This document shows positions 18,472 to 28,300 of a stretch of 53,025 bases of DNA, in pieces. The notes beneath the pieces were generated by a model. It made no database searches and was not told where the DNA came from. It saw only the letters and a program-made list of their open reading frames with translations. Source of the DNA: a virus (Duplodnaviria; Caudoviricetes); IMG/VR virus record IMGVR_UViG_3300036389_000008, positions 1 through 53,025 of that record. One strand, written 5' to 3'. The translations under genes were made by a program, and so were the position numbers. Within the stretch, counting starts at the first letter, position 1. The number at the start of each line of letters is the position of its first letter.

Positions 18472-19542
18472 ATGTCACTTAACGCTCTGTTATTGCCCGC
18501 TTTGCTGCTCAGTGTAGATACTGGCAAATTTGGTGCGTACGAAGGCCGGATCAGCCACTATGGTGCGCTGAACACCTTCGTCAATAACACCAATGAACTG
18601 TTCGGGGAGGATGCCATCGAGAAGATTCGGAACACGCCGTTTACGCGCGATGTCACGATTCCGATCCTCAACCGATACGATCACACGGTCCTGACGGTCC
18701 GTAGTTGTAATATTTCCGGTCCGGACATCAGCCCAACGCTGAAGAACCTGACCCGTGTCCACCTGGCCATCGATATGCAGGTCACCCCGGCCAAGTATCA
18801 GGATAATGCCGTTAGTGTACAGCGGGCGCTTCGTCATCAGTATATGAACGCCAAACGGGCGGTCTATACGATGCTAGATTCGATGGCCGCTACCACGCTG
18901 GATCTGAACAAGGATACGAGCACACTTTCCCAGGACACGAATCACCCGTTGTATACCCGCGTTGCCGGCGCTTATCAGATTCCGGCATCACGGCCTGAGG
19001 ATTTTTACCTCAACTTCGGCACGATCATGGAAGAACTGGATGTGCACGGTCCGTATTTCGACGTTGCTTCGACGATTGCGCTGGCGGATAAAATGAAACT
19101 GCGCAACCCGGGCGGTGGTACACAGCTGGATACGGCTGCCATTCTGCGCGAGTCAGGTATTGCCGAATTCGAGCATTCGAACCGGATTGCGCGGGGTAAC
19201 AACCGGACGGTGCACTACGTCGCTCCCCAAGGTTCGGTCGGCGTGCTTAATTTCATCGACTTCGACTATCAGGAAGGGCAGGCGCCTGAGCTTGGCTCAC
19301 CCGAAGATATCGACCAGTGGGATAAAGCGGGCAACCTATCCAATGTTGCCCTGTGGAGCCGCTGCAACGATGAGATTTATACCGGCTGGCAGTGGGGCGT
19401 TCTCCAAAAAATCGAGTGTCTAGCCGAACAACGCGTGTACAGCACCAAGCTATCGGCTGACTTCGCCTTCGCTACGGACTTTACGTCCGAAACCGGGGTA
19501 ACGCCAATTAAGCGTTTCGAGCTGGTTCAACAGCCCATCTAA
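18472..19542 (+). CDS. Probable major capsid protein
   Basis: About 356 aa, after the scaffold gene, followed by a terminator. Confidence 0.7.
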   Translation: MSLNALLLPALLLSVDTGKFGAYEGRISHYGALNTFVNNTNELFGEDAIEKIRNTPFTRDVTIPILNRYDHTVLTVRSCNISGPDISPTLKNLTRVHLAIDMQVTPAKYQDNAVSVQRALRHQYMNAKRAVYTMLDSMAATTLDLNKDTSTLSQDTNHPLYTRVAGAYQIPASRPEDFYLNFGTIMEELDVHGPYFDVASTIALADKMKLRNPGGGTQLDTAAILRESGIAEFEHSNRIARGNNRTVHYVAPQGSVGVLNFIDFDYQEGQAPELGSPEDIDQWDKAGNLSNVALWSRCNDEIYTGWQWGVLQKIECLAEQRVYSTKLSADFAFATDFTSETGVTPIKRFELVQQPI

Positions 19543-19549
19543 GTACATG

Positions 19550-19585
19550 GCAGGGGGCTAGCGCTCCCTGCTGTTTGGTTTTTTT
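19550..19585 (+). terminator. Intrinsic terminator
   Basis: gcagggggc/gctccctgc stem, then T-rich tract. Confidence 0.65.
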
Positions 19586-19611
19586 CCATTCGTTATTTCC
19601 AAACTACAAAC

Positions 19612-19950
19612 ATGAAAGCATTTTTTGCCTTGGTAGTCTTAGTTGCTGCCCTTGTCTTTTCTCCGCCTGCAGCCCAGGCGCAAACGGCCGAGTATCCGAC
19701 GACGAATCGGATTGTGTACAGTACTAACGCGATTGAGTTGCAGGATTCGACAACCAAGTTTGTCGCTACCGTCAAAAAAGGAACGGTGCGCATCCTTACC
19801 CGCGGTACGGGTGTTGGTGCATCGGCCGCTATCATCGAGCCAACAACGAAGCTAATTCTATGGAAGGGGGCCGTTAACAAGATTCGAATTGTTGGTGTCG
19901 CGGCTAGTGATTCACTGAAGATTCTATCACTCAAAGCGACACCGTTCTAG
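19612..19950 (+). CDS. Small exported protein
   Basis: Signal peptide MKAFFALVVLVAALVFSPPAAQA|Q. Confidence 0.7.
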   Translation: MKAFFALVVLVAALVFSPPAAQAQTAEYPTTNRIVYSTNAIELQDSTTKFVATVKKGTVRILTRGTGVGASAAIIEPTTKLILWKGAVNKIRIVGVAASDSLKILSLKATPF

Positions 19951-19976
19951 CTAACAGCTTTTTAGATCGGATTAAA

Positions 19977-20009
19977 AGACCCCACTGTCAGAAACGGCAG
20001 TGGGTTTTT
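19977..20009 (+). terminator. Intrinsic terminator
   Basis: cccactgtc/ggcagtggg stem plus T tract. Confidence 0.75.
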
Positions 20010-20048
20010 GGGTGAAAAGCGATTCGTTTTACCATCTTTTTATCAGTC

Positions 20049-20282
20049 ATGACAGATAGTACACAGACATTCGGACAAAAGGCAGTTGGTTTAAAATTTA
20101 ACCCGTCAGGTAGCGACGCTGTCGGACAGTCTAAACAGGGATTTGCAGACCTCATCGATCAGATGAACGATTTACGGGCTAAATCCGAAAGTCAAGAGCA
20201 AAAACGATTAGCATCCGTTGCCATCACTCAGGCTCAAGATGCACAGATGTGGGCAACAAAAGCACTCACCTGGCAAGATTAG
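20049..20282 (+). CDS. Acb2/Tad1-like helical hairpin protein (candidate anti-defence sponge)
   Basis: FNPSG..V...K..FADLID and RLASVAITQAQDAQMWATKALT pattern. Confidence 0.55.
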   Translation: MTDSTQTFGQKAVGLKFNPSGSDAVGQSKQGFADLIDQMNDLRAKSESQEQKRLASVAITQAQDAQMWATKALTWQD

Positions 20283-20308
20283 GTTAAGGGTTAATAGGAT
20301 AGTTCAAC

Positions 20309-20340
20309 AAAGCCCATTCCGGTGTTGGGATGGGCTTTTT
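20309..20340 (+). terminator. Intrinsic terminator
   Basis: aaagcccattcc/gggatgggcttt stem plus T tract. Confidence 0.75.
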
Positions 20341-20352
20341 CTCTAAAACACA

Positions 20353-20607
20353 ATGGGACAAACAGTTAATGCAAACGATCTGATGATCGACAAAAAGGCT
20401 TTAGAAAAACAGGCCAAAGAAATCCGGCAGTATCTCTTTACTATTCGGCAGCAGGCATTGGCTCACGGTCGGCAACGCTTTTTTGAACTGGGCGAAATTG
20501 CCGAAATGGAAGTAACCGTTAAAGTAGCCGGAAAATCAATCAGGCTGGTCTACCGTTACGATGCACTAAATGATTCCATTTATCCAGTTGGACAAAGCTA
20601 TGCTTGA
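20353..20607 (+). CDS. Hypothetical protein
   Basis: A-rich leader, ORF. Confidence 0.55.
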   Translation: MGQTVNANDLMIDKKALEKQAKEIRQYLFTIRQQALAHGRQRFFELGEIAEMEVTVKVAGKSIRLVYRYDALNDSIYPVGQSYA

Positions 20608-21883
20608 TACAAAAACACTGGCAACTGAACTTACCGGCCTGATTGGTCTGTATCCGGGCTTCTCAACCATTGGCCCGCTGCCTGCCGATTACCACCGGGC
20701 TCCGGTTGCCTTTCTGCAGGATGCCCATAAGCTGCTACGCTATGATATTCTGTCGGCCGTTGGGCCCAACCTGCCGGCCATCGTAGCGGAGCCATACACG
20801 GCTGAACGGACGTATGAGCTGTACGAGATCACTCAGAATACAGAAGGCCAGTTTTACGAAAGTAACGTGTCGGCGAATCAAGGGCACGACCTTACGGATT
20901 CGAACTACTGGCGCAAAACCACTCAGCTTTCAGCCTGGTACGGTCGTATCGAGCGGGGTGCTATCGGTAAGCTGATGCGTGAGCTGGTCGAATCACCACC
21001 GCCTGAACCCTTAATGCACCGGCAGGCGCTCTACAGTAAAGAATCGAATCTGGCGGGTGTTATTAATAAAAGCGGCTCGTTTCTGGCACAACGGCTCACT
21101 CTGTTAGCTCGCAATACGGCCATCAACATTGCCCGGTTGGGCATTCAGGTAAGTGGCCCGCTCGCCAATGTGCCGATGTACATTTTTCATTCGGATGATG
21201 CCGAGCCGGTTGCCATGGTGCGCTTAACGGGGAACACGTCAGGCCGCACAATCTGGGCCAATCCGAACGAGTATCTGTTTGAACGGCGCGAAGGATACTA
21301 CCTCATTGGTTATTTTGAATCAGACTTGCCAGCCGGTGTTTCCGCCGTTGGTGGCCAGCGGAATTTTCAGGTAACCGGCTGTAGCAACTGCAATCCAATC
21401 GACTACGAATTAGCCGTTGGCCGCTCTCCCTACGTGCATATCCAGCCGGTTTACGTGCCCAATCCATCGCAAACCGGCGTAATGAATTGGGCCGATGAAA
21501 TCGCTGTTGAAACCCAGACCTGGGGGATTAATATGCTCCTGGAGGCTGAATGCGATGTGACCCAGACGCTACTGGCTAACCGGAAAATAATGACGAACGC
21601 GCTTTTGTATACGATTGCCTGTGACGTATTGGAAGAGCTATCGACCAGCGACCGGGTAAATGCTGTAGCGAAAGACATGCGGGCGCAGGCCTACGTAGCG
21701 CTCTATGGCCAGCAGAATTCCAAAACTGATTTTGGTCTGACGACCAAGCGGGATAAGAAAATTAGCGAGTTGAAAGCGGTACTGGTAAGCATAGCACCCA
21801 ACTGCATACCTGCCGAAGAGGAAGAGCCGGAAGGACTCGAATTTGGATCCATGTTCGATGGCTACCCGGCGACGAATTGTTGA
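20600..21883 (+). CDS. Virion structural protein (possible head-tail adaptor)
   Basis: Position after the capsid gene; assignment by synteny only. Confidence 0.5.
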   Translation: MLDTKTLATELTGLIGLYPGFSTIGPLPADYHRAPVAFLQDAHKLLRYDILSAVGPNLPAIVAEPYTAERTYELYEITQNTEGQFYESNVSANQGHDLTDSNYWRKTTQLSAWYGRIERGAIGKLMRELVESPPPEPLMHRQALYSKESNLAGVINKSGSFLAQRLTLLARNTAINIARLGIQVSGPLANVPMYIFHSDDAEPVAMVRLTGNTSGRTIWANPNEYLFERREGYYLIGYFESDLPAGVSAVGGQRNFQVTGCSNCNPIDYELAVGRSPYVHIQPVYVPNPSQTGVMNWADEIAVETQTWGINMLLEAECDVTQTLLANRKIMTNALLYTIACDVLEELSTSDRVNAVAKDMRAQAYVALYGQQNSKTDFGLTTKRDKKISELKAVLVSIAPNCIPAEEEEPEGLEFGSMFDGYPATNC

Positions 21884-22313
21884 CTCACGTGAGCTATTAG
21901 CTCCATTGTGGCTGATTAAGCTTGATCTGCTGTACCGGGTATTGGCTCACGTGCTGGAAGCTAACGCGGCTTTTATCGAAAACCTCAACCGGGCGCAGTT
22001 AGCCGCTGGCCTGAATGGGGATGGGTCGCCGATCAATCCACCCTACGTTCCGGCAACGGTCGCTAAAAAACGGGAAAAAGGCCAGCCGACCGACCGGGTT
22101 ACGCTCCACGATGAAGGCAGCTTTTACGCGTCGATTTTTACCGAAGTATTCACCAGCGCGTTCGATCTGAATTCGGATGACCCCAAAGCACCCGAGTTGA
22201 AAGCCAAATACGGCGACGGGATTTTGAGCTTAACTGAGGAATCGAAAGAGAAATTAATTGCCCACATTTTACCGCAGTTCGTTGCGGTACTAAAACGAGA
22301 AATCGGTTTATGA
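21843..22313 (+). CDS. Neck / tail completion protein (start uncertain)
   Basis: PPYVPATVAKKREKGQPTDRVTLHDEGSFY virion-morphogenesis-like motif. Confidence 0.6.
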   Translation: MDPCSMATRRRIVDSRELLAPLWLIKLDLLYRVLAHVLEANAAFIENLNRAQLAAGLNGDGSPINPPYVPATVAKKREKGQPTDRVTLHDEGSFYASIFTEVFTSAFDLNSDDPKAPELKAKYGDGILSLTEESKEKLIAHILPQFVAVLKREIGL

Positions 22314-22849
22314 GCCAATCCCTGCAACCGCCAATTCAACTAAACAGCGCCCTGGATGGGGTCGATAAGGTTCTTTCCATCCTTCAGTATGCGCTGTATG
22401 GATTTACCGAAAACTCGCTGGGCCGGGTAAGGCCGCAACCCACTGAAAACGGTATCGAGCCGTGGGTTCAGCGATCGGCCGACGATCCGGAGTATTATCC
22501 GGCATACCCAAACGATCAGCTTGATTCGTTTTCCTGCCTTTACGCGCATGACGACGAAGCCTACGATGAAAATGGCATTTTTGGCACGCGCACGGTATCG
22601 ATCATCGTCTGGCTCAAACTGGAGAATAAACCATACACGGTAGCGAGTAAGAAAACAGACATGCTTAGAATTCTTCGTGAGCTGGATTGTGTGCTGGAGA
22701 TAAATGGGTCGAAAGATCAGACCACATCGGGTGCCCAGGGCATCTATCCGGGGTTCGATGTGTCCGGTTTTGATGGCCGTTATTTAACCTATCCCTACGG
22801 CGGTTTCCGCATGGAAATCGTCATTCACTTTGCTGACTTATGCTACTAA
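22310..22849 (+). CDS. Probable tail terminator protein
   Basis: Synteny and size, PYGGFRMEI terminal strand. Confidence 0.45.
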   Translation: MSQSLQPPIQLNSALDGVDKVLSILQYALYGFTENSLGRVRPQPTENGIEPWVQRSADDPEYYPAYPNDQLDSFSCLYAHDDEAYDENGIFGTRTVSIIVWLKLENKPYTVASKKTDMLRILRELDCVLEINGSKDQTTSGAQGIYPGFDVSGFDGRYLTYPYGGFRMEIVIHFADLCY

Positions 22850-23109
22850 ACCTCATCATCACCGCGCTCATGGGCGCTACGGGCGTGATCCTGTTTGAAA
22901 AATGGGAGATCGATGACTACATGAACACCCACGGGATCTGGTGTAAATACTGGCCGGCTAATCCCTGTTTATTGTGCCGTGGTTACTGGTTTGGGTGGGT
23001 TACTTTTATCATCTTAACCTTAATACCGTACAGCATCTATGTTTTTGTGCCATTAGCGGCCATTCCGCTACAGATTTGGTTGTTCGGTTTTTTATCGAAA
23101 CGTCTATAA
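22840..23109 (+). CDS. Small membrane protein with CxxC
   Basis: Hydrophobic segments, CLLCRGYW. Confidence 0.6.
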   Translation: MLLNLIITALMGATGVILFEKWEIDDYMNTHGIWCKYWPANPCLLCRGYWFGWVTFIILTLIPYSIYVFVPLAAIPLQIWLFGFLSKRL

Positions 23110-23528
23110 TGCAAACATTCACCCTACCGAACGGCATCGTCGTCGACGTTCACGATAGTCCGCGGACAATACCCGAATCACGACGAGTTGAACATGATTA
23201 TTACGCCCTTATAGAATCCGGTATTGGCTCGACTCAGGATGATTTCGACCGTCATTTCGAGCAAATGATCGGGCTTATTGGCTCGACTGATCCAGATGCA
23301 CAACTAAACGCGATCAACAACACGCGATTTCTGTTTGCCAACCTCATCGGTAAACAGTACTCACCGGCGTCGTTAGCGTTTGGCTGTTTAGTAGAAACTG
23401 TCGATGGTCAGAAATGGGATGATTATTCAGAAGCCGGCCTAGAACGATTGTCTAAGCAGCTAGACATTCCAATGAGTATCCTGATAGAATATTGGGAGGC
23501 CGTAAAAAAAAACTCTACGAAGAGCTGA
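23109..23528 (+). CDS. Tail assembly chaperone (gpG-like)
   Basis: Ends at slippery A AAA AAC, upstream of tape measure. Confidence 0.65.
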   Translation: MQTFTLPNGIVVDVHDSPRTIPESRRVEHDYYALIESGIGSTQDDFDRHFEQMIGLIGSTDPDAQLNAINNTRFLFANLIGKQYSPASLAFGCLVETVDGQKWDDYSEAGLERLSKQLDIPMSILIEYWEAVKKNSTKS

Positions 23529-23878
23529 GTGAAGCCTTTCCTGATTTTTTCCCGGATAACGAACCCGAACAGGTAGCCCTCCAGCAACGGGCGTTATTAC
23601 TCCGGATCGACGAAACGCTGGATCCCGACAACCCGGCTCTGATAGATCAGCGAGCTTCGCTGATGTACGAAATTCAGGAAAGTATCAAACCACCGGTACT
23701 GGTTGGTGCCGAAAGTCAACTGAAAGCCATCCGCGATAATTATGTAAATAATAAAATCGCCATGGAGCTTGAAGGGCTACGGATCGACGACAATACGCCG
23801 AGTCTTAACTTCTGGCAATATTACAAGGCTTTAGACGCACGCTATAAACCCAAAATTCCCAATGTCCCTACTGAATAG
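23501..23878 (+). CDS. Tail assembly chaperone -1 frameshift extension (gpT-like)
   Basis: -1 frame, no ATG near its 5' end, begins at the A9C run. Confidence 0.65.
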   Translation, partial: RKKKLYEELSEAFPDFFPDNEPEQVALQQRALLLRIDETLDPDNPALIDQRASLMYEIQESIKPPVLVGAESQLKAIRDNYVNNKIAMELEGLRIDDNTPSLNFWQYYKALDARYKPKIPNVPTE

Positions 23879-24665
23879 ATTCGGATTTATCGTTTTTAAC
23901 TCTACCGGGCCTGAGTGCTGGGATTTGGTTGACCTACCTGACGGGGGTGCGTTTGGCATGATGTCGGCCGCTGTAATCCTCGTACCAGGCGAAACCTACT
24001 CATTTTATATTCCCTTCGACTCAGAGGTAACGCTGGCTAACACAACGATTGACCTGGTTATCGATGGATCGAAATCACTGGCCTGGGCTGGCATTGGTAC
24101 GTTAACCGCTATCAACGTGCAGGCTGGCGTCAAGCACTACTCAGCTCAGATCAACATGGTGGCTAACACGAGCAATTTATTGCCGGTATATTACCGCTTC
24201 CGGCTGAACGTTTCGGGCGGCTCGCTTTACTCCAACCGGGTTTTGTTGAAAAAAGCTAATTATGCCGACACGACGGCCCTGGTTAGTTACCGAAACACCC
24301 GGCCAATTGGCCCGATCGCTTATGATCTGCCGGCGCTGGCGAATTTCCGAAACGTGTTGCGCGTAAAGTGCCAGATTGAAGCGTCGAAAACCGATGCCAG
24401 CGTTGAAGATTATGAGCGGATAACAACCGGTGTAAAAACAACGGTAGAAATTAAGGGTCATTTGTTCTATTCAGTAAAAACGCCGACAATCGACCCAATC
24501 GGCCACGAAGGCTGGCGTACGTTGTTATTTCATAAGGATTTACTGATAAACAATCGACCGTTTGCATTGAAAACCGGCTATGCCGAGGGGGAAGGAACGG
24601 CCAAACTAGCCACCGGAAGTTTTGAGGTGTGGGACCTGGCCTACTCCGCCGTGAATCGTTGTTAA
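23862..24665 (+). CDS. Tail structural protein
   Basis: Beta-rich, tail module. Confidence 0.5.
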   Translation: MSLLNRFGFIVFNSTGPECWDLVDLPDGGAFGMMSAAVILVPGETYSFYIPFDSEVTLANTTIDLVIDGSKSLAWAGIGTLTAINVQAGVKHYSAQINMVANTSNLLPVYYRFRLNVSGGSLYSNRVLLKKANYADTTALVSYRNTRPIGPIAYDLPALANFRNVLRVKCQIEASKTDASVEDYERITTGVKTTVEIKGHLFYSVKTPTIDPIGHEGWRTLLFHKDLLINNRPFALKTGYAEGEGTAKLATGSFEVWDLAYSAVNRC

Positions 24666-24720
24666 AAAGGTTTGCAGTAGTTGCGGCTGATTTACTTCTT
24701 TGTGGGAAAAATCAGTTTTC

Positions 24721-25254
24721 ATGGAGGACAAATTAGAAAAGCTTGAACGTCTTTCTCGGCTCTTTAAAGACGGTATGTTGACTCAGGCAGAATTTGAGCA
24801 GCAGAAAGCCCTATTATTAGGCGGTGTCCAATCACCAAAAGCACCACCGCCTGTTCCTAAAACTGTAATTGCCCAAGGCTCCAAATCAGATGGCACAGCC
24901 AGAGCCATTATTATTGGGATTCTCGTTTCAATCGTTCTATTGGCTATAGGCAACTTTATCTTTAGTGACAGTGGCCCGAAAACAAAACAAGAACTGCGGG
25001 CGGAGGATGTCAGTCGATTGTTTTCTGGTTTTGATGGCTCCCATGCAGAATTAGAGGCCGTCATCAAATCAGACATGAATGACCCGGAAAGCTATGAACA
25101 CGTAGAAACCCGGTACCGGGATGATGGATCTACCATTTATGTCATTACTACCTTTCGGGGTAAAAATGCATTTGGTGGCACGGTTACCCATAAAGCTGAG
25201 GCAACATTGGGAGGGAGTTCCGGTAAAATCATGAAATGGAAATTACTCAATTAG
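24721..25254 (+). CDS. SHOCT-domain single-pass membrane protein (moron)
   Basis: KLEKLERLSRLFKDGMLTQAEFEQQKALLL, TM helix, MNDPESYEHVET...FRGKNAFGG domain. Confidence 0.75.
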   Translation: MEDKLEKLERLSRLFKDGMLTQAEFEQQKALLLGGVQSPKAPPPVPKTVIAQGSKSDGTARAIIIGILVSIVLLAIGNFIFSDSGPKTKQELRAEDVSRLFSGFDGSHAELEAVIKSDMNDPESYEHVETRYRDDGSTIYVITTFRGKNAFGGTVTHKAEATLGGSSGKIMKWKLLN

Positions 25255-25264
25255 TATAAAGATT

Positions 25265-25290
25265 AGCCCGGCTTTGTTCCGGGCTTTTTT
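25265..25290 (+). terminator. Intrinsic terminator
   Basis: agcccgg-N7-ccgggct followed by T tract. Confidence 0.8.
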
Positions 25291-25310
25291 ATTACTTTTA
25301 CTTCGCTTCA

Positions 25311-25350
25311 CTACCGGACGGTGAATCATCCCCCTCTTCACTCACCGTCC
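25311..25350 (+). promoter_or_regulatory. CTACCGGACGG leader element copy 4, with start-proximal stem
   Basis: GGACGGTGA (25316-25324) is perfectly complementary to TCACCGTCC (25342-25350); ATG at 25354. Confidence 0.7.
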
Positions 25351-25353
25351 AAA

Positions 25354-28300
25354 ATGATCAATTTTGACGATATTATTAATGGTAGTGGTGTCCTCAAGGG
25401 ACTCAACAAGCTTGAACAGGCTACCATTAAATACGGCGACGTTGCTGTTGCGCAGAATAAACGGGCTGAGGAATCCCTAGCCTCGCTCGCTACCAAAATA
25501 ACGGAGTATCGGGGTCAGGTAGCCGGGCTTAACAATACGCAAAAAGGAGCCCGGACTCAGGTCGATGGCATGAAGGACGGCGTCGATAAACTCCTGAAAT
25601 CCTACCAGAATTACCAGGAACTTCTCAAGCGCAATCAGCAGCAACTGGATCTCAATACCGCCAGCATCAAAGCCATAAAAGGTCGCCTGGCTGATTTGCG
25701 GGTTGAATACGAAAGCCTCGATCGGAAGGAAGCGCAGAGCGTTGCCCGTCGGAAAGAAATTGCGAAGGAGACCCGCGCAACGGCCGTCATCCTGAACACC
25801 CTCACCAAAGCGATTCAAGAGGACACCCGGGCCACGGAAGCGGCCGAAAATTCCTATCGTGCCCTTGATCTTCAGACGCAGAAACTCCGCGCTGATCTGA
25901 AAGGCATGAAAGATGCTTTTGATCCGCTAACGGGCGAAATCAATAAGCATAATCGGGCCGCTGTCGAGATGCAGCAGCAGATCATGCGGAACGACCGGGC
26001 CTTGAAACAGGCTGACGAGTCTATGGGTTTGCACGGCCGTTCAGTCGGCGATTATGGCAATGCGTTACATAGTCTAAGCACAGGTGGGCTTCAGGGTGTA
26101 CTTGGAGCGGTTGAAGACATTGGCTACGGGATGGTGGCCGGTAGCGCCAATGCCGAAAAGTATGCGGCCCGGATTAGCGTAGTGGCCGGTGGTATTGCGG
26201 TGGCGATAGCCGCAATTTCTTCATTCGTCGAAACGGCTGAAAAAATGGACCGGGTTGATGCCATGCTCAAGGCCGTCAGCCGGGATAGTGCCGATTTTTC
26301 CCGTACCCAACAATTCCTGTTGGGCTTGGCCGACAAATTGGGCTTAGAATATAGTGATCTGGCCGATACCTACAAAAATCTTAAAGCCGCTACCAAAGAC
26401 ACAAAATTAGAAGGTAGGGAAACAGAAAAGATATACGCAGCTATTGCTACAGCTGGCGCCAGACTCAAATTAGGCAACGAGGCCGTAGAAGGTTCACTTC
26501 GGGCCGTCGCCAAAATGGTGTCATCGGGCAACGTCCAGATGGACGAATTACGTTCCGAATTAGGGGAACACCTTCCTGGGGCGCTCCGGATTCTTGGAGA
26601 AGCGCTCGGAATTTCGCAGACTCAGCTTAATAAAATGGTTGAGCAGGGCGAAATTCTGGCCGTTGATGCGCTGCCCAAATTGGCTGAAGGTTATGATAAA
26701 GCCTATGGTCTAAAACAGAATGAGAAAATTCAAAGCATTGCTGCCAGTACCAACCGGGTAACCAATGAAACAGGCTTGTTGGTAAAAACCATGAACGAAA
26801 GCAAGGGCATTGCTAGGTTCTGGGCTACCATTACCTCAGGCGCACAGGCAGCCTTACGCGATATCCGACTATTGGTTCAAGATGGGGCATGGGGTGATTT
26901 GATTGCTCTGGCAACACCTGGCGGCTTTGCGCTAACGGCTAATAAGCGGAAAGACCTGCGCGATAAAGAGGATGCTGTAAATGAGTTTTCGGGGTTGGAT
27001 GCAGCTGCTCGAAAAAAATATCTGAAAGATTTAGAGCAGGCCGAAGCAGATCTGATTGTTGCTGGTGAAACGGAAAAAGCCAACAAGACCCGAAGTATTA
27101 GGCGTAAGCTAGCTGACATCGACAGAAGGGCCATTGTTGCTGAACGGCAGGAGTCCGCCCGTCAGGAGCTAATCGCCGATAAAGAGGCCATCGAGAAGAA
27201 TGAAACCGACAAGACTCGCTTCCTAAAACAGTCGGTTAAAAAGCGTACGGCCGAGATTATTGCGCTTGAAAAACAGTTGGATGCCGATCCTCAAAATGAA
27301 ATATTAGCCAAAAAGCTGGACGTTTACCGGAAACTGGATGCCGAGCAGAAAGCCCGTGATAAGGAAGTTGCTGACCGGCTAAAAACTGCAAAACCGGACG
27401 ATGATTCTGCCTTTGAGAAGCTGGATAAAGAAATCGATAAGGTTAGCAAGAAGCTGGAAAAACAGATTCTGACCGGTGGTGTAAATCCTAAACTTGCTGA
27501 TGATCTTGCCCGACTAACGAAACAGGCCAAAGAAGCGCGTGAACAGTTGGAGCGAATTGAGAATGGCTGGTTTAACAAGCCAGTCCTCAGTGGTAAAACG
27601 GTCAATCCAATCTTTACGAGCGACCTGGACCGGCTTGGGGAAAAACCGCTTATTACTGGCCGTCGTGATAAAGAAGGTAATCTGTTGACCGATGCCCAGA
27701 TCAAGGCTGAGGAAGATAAACGACTAGCAGCCCAGACCGCCAACTTGTTAAAACAGGGGGAAATACTGCAAGAGTATGGCATCAAACGCTATGAATTGGA
27801 GTTTGATTTTTCCCGCACCCTAACGGGGCTAAGAAATGATCAAAAAGCGGAGCTGCTGAATTTGTTGCAACAGCAGCAGGAGGCTGAACAGGCGGGTAAT
27901 AATAAAGATCTTGAAAACCTGCGTCGGTTATTCGCTCAGAAGAAAGAACTCTACCAACAGGATGCCCAGGATCGCCGTGAAATAGCGATGAAGGCTGTAG
28001 AGATTGGTTCCACACTCGTCAATGGCTTGTTCGATATTGAACAACAGAGAAACCAGAACGCACTGGTCGATCTGCAAAAACGTAAGGATTATGAACTTTC
28101 GTTGGTTGGCGATAATGAAGCATCGAAATCAGCCATTGAGCGTAAATACGCGGACCAAAGCAAGCAAATTCAGCGCGATCAGGATCTGGCTGCCCGTAAC
28201 CAGGCACTGTTCAATATTGCCATCAATACGGCCGTCGAAGTCTCCAAATCGCTCTCCAAGCCCGGTTTAGCCGTGGCTATTGCTTTACTGGGTGCGGTGC

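Noticed and set aside
19202-19211. ACCGGACGGT inside the capsid gene
   Set aside because: Partial match lacking the 5' CT, in coding sequence, with no start codon context
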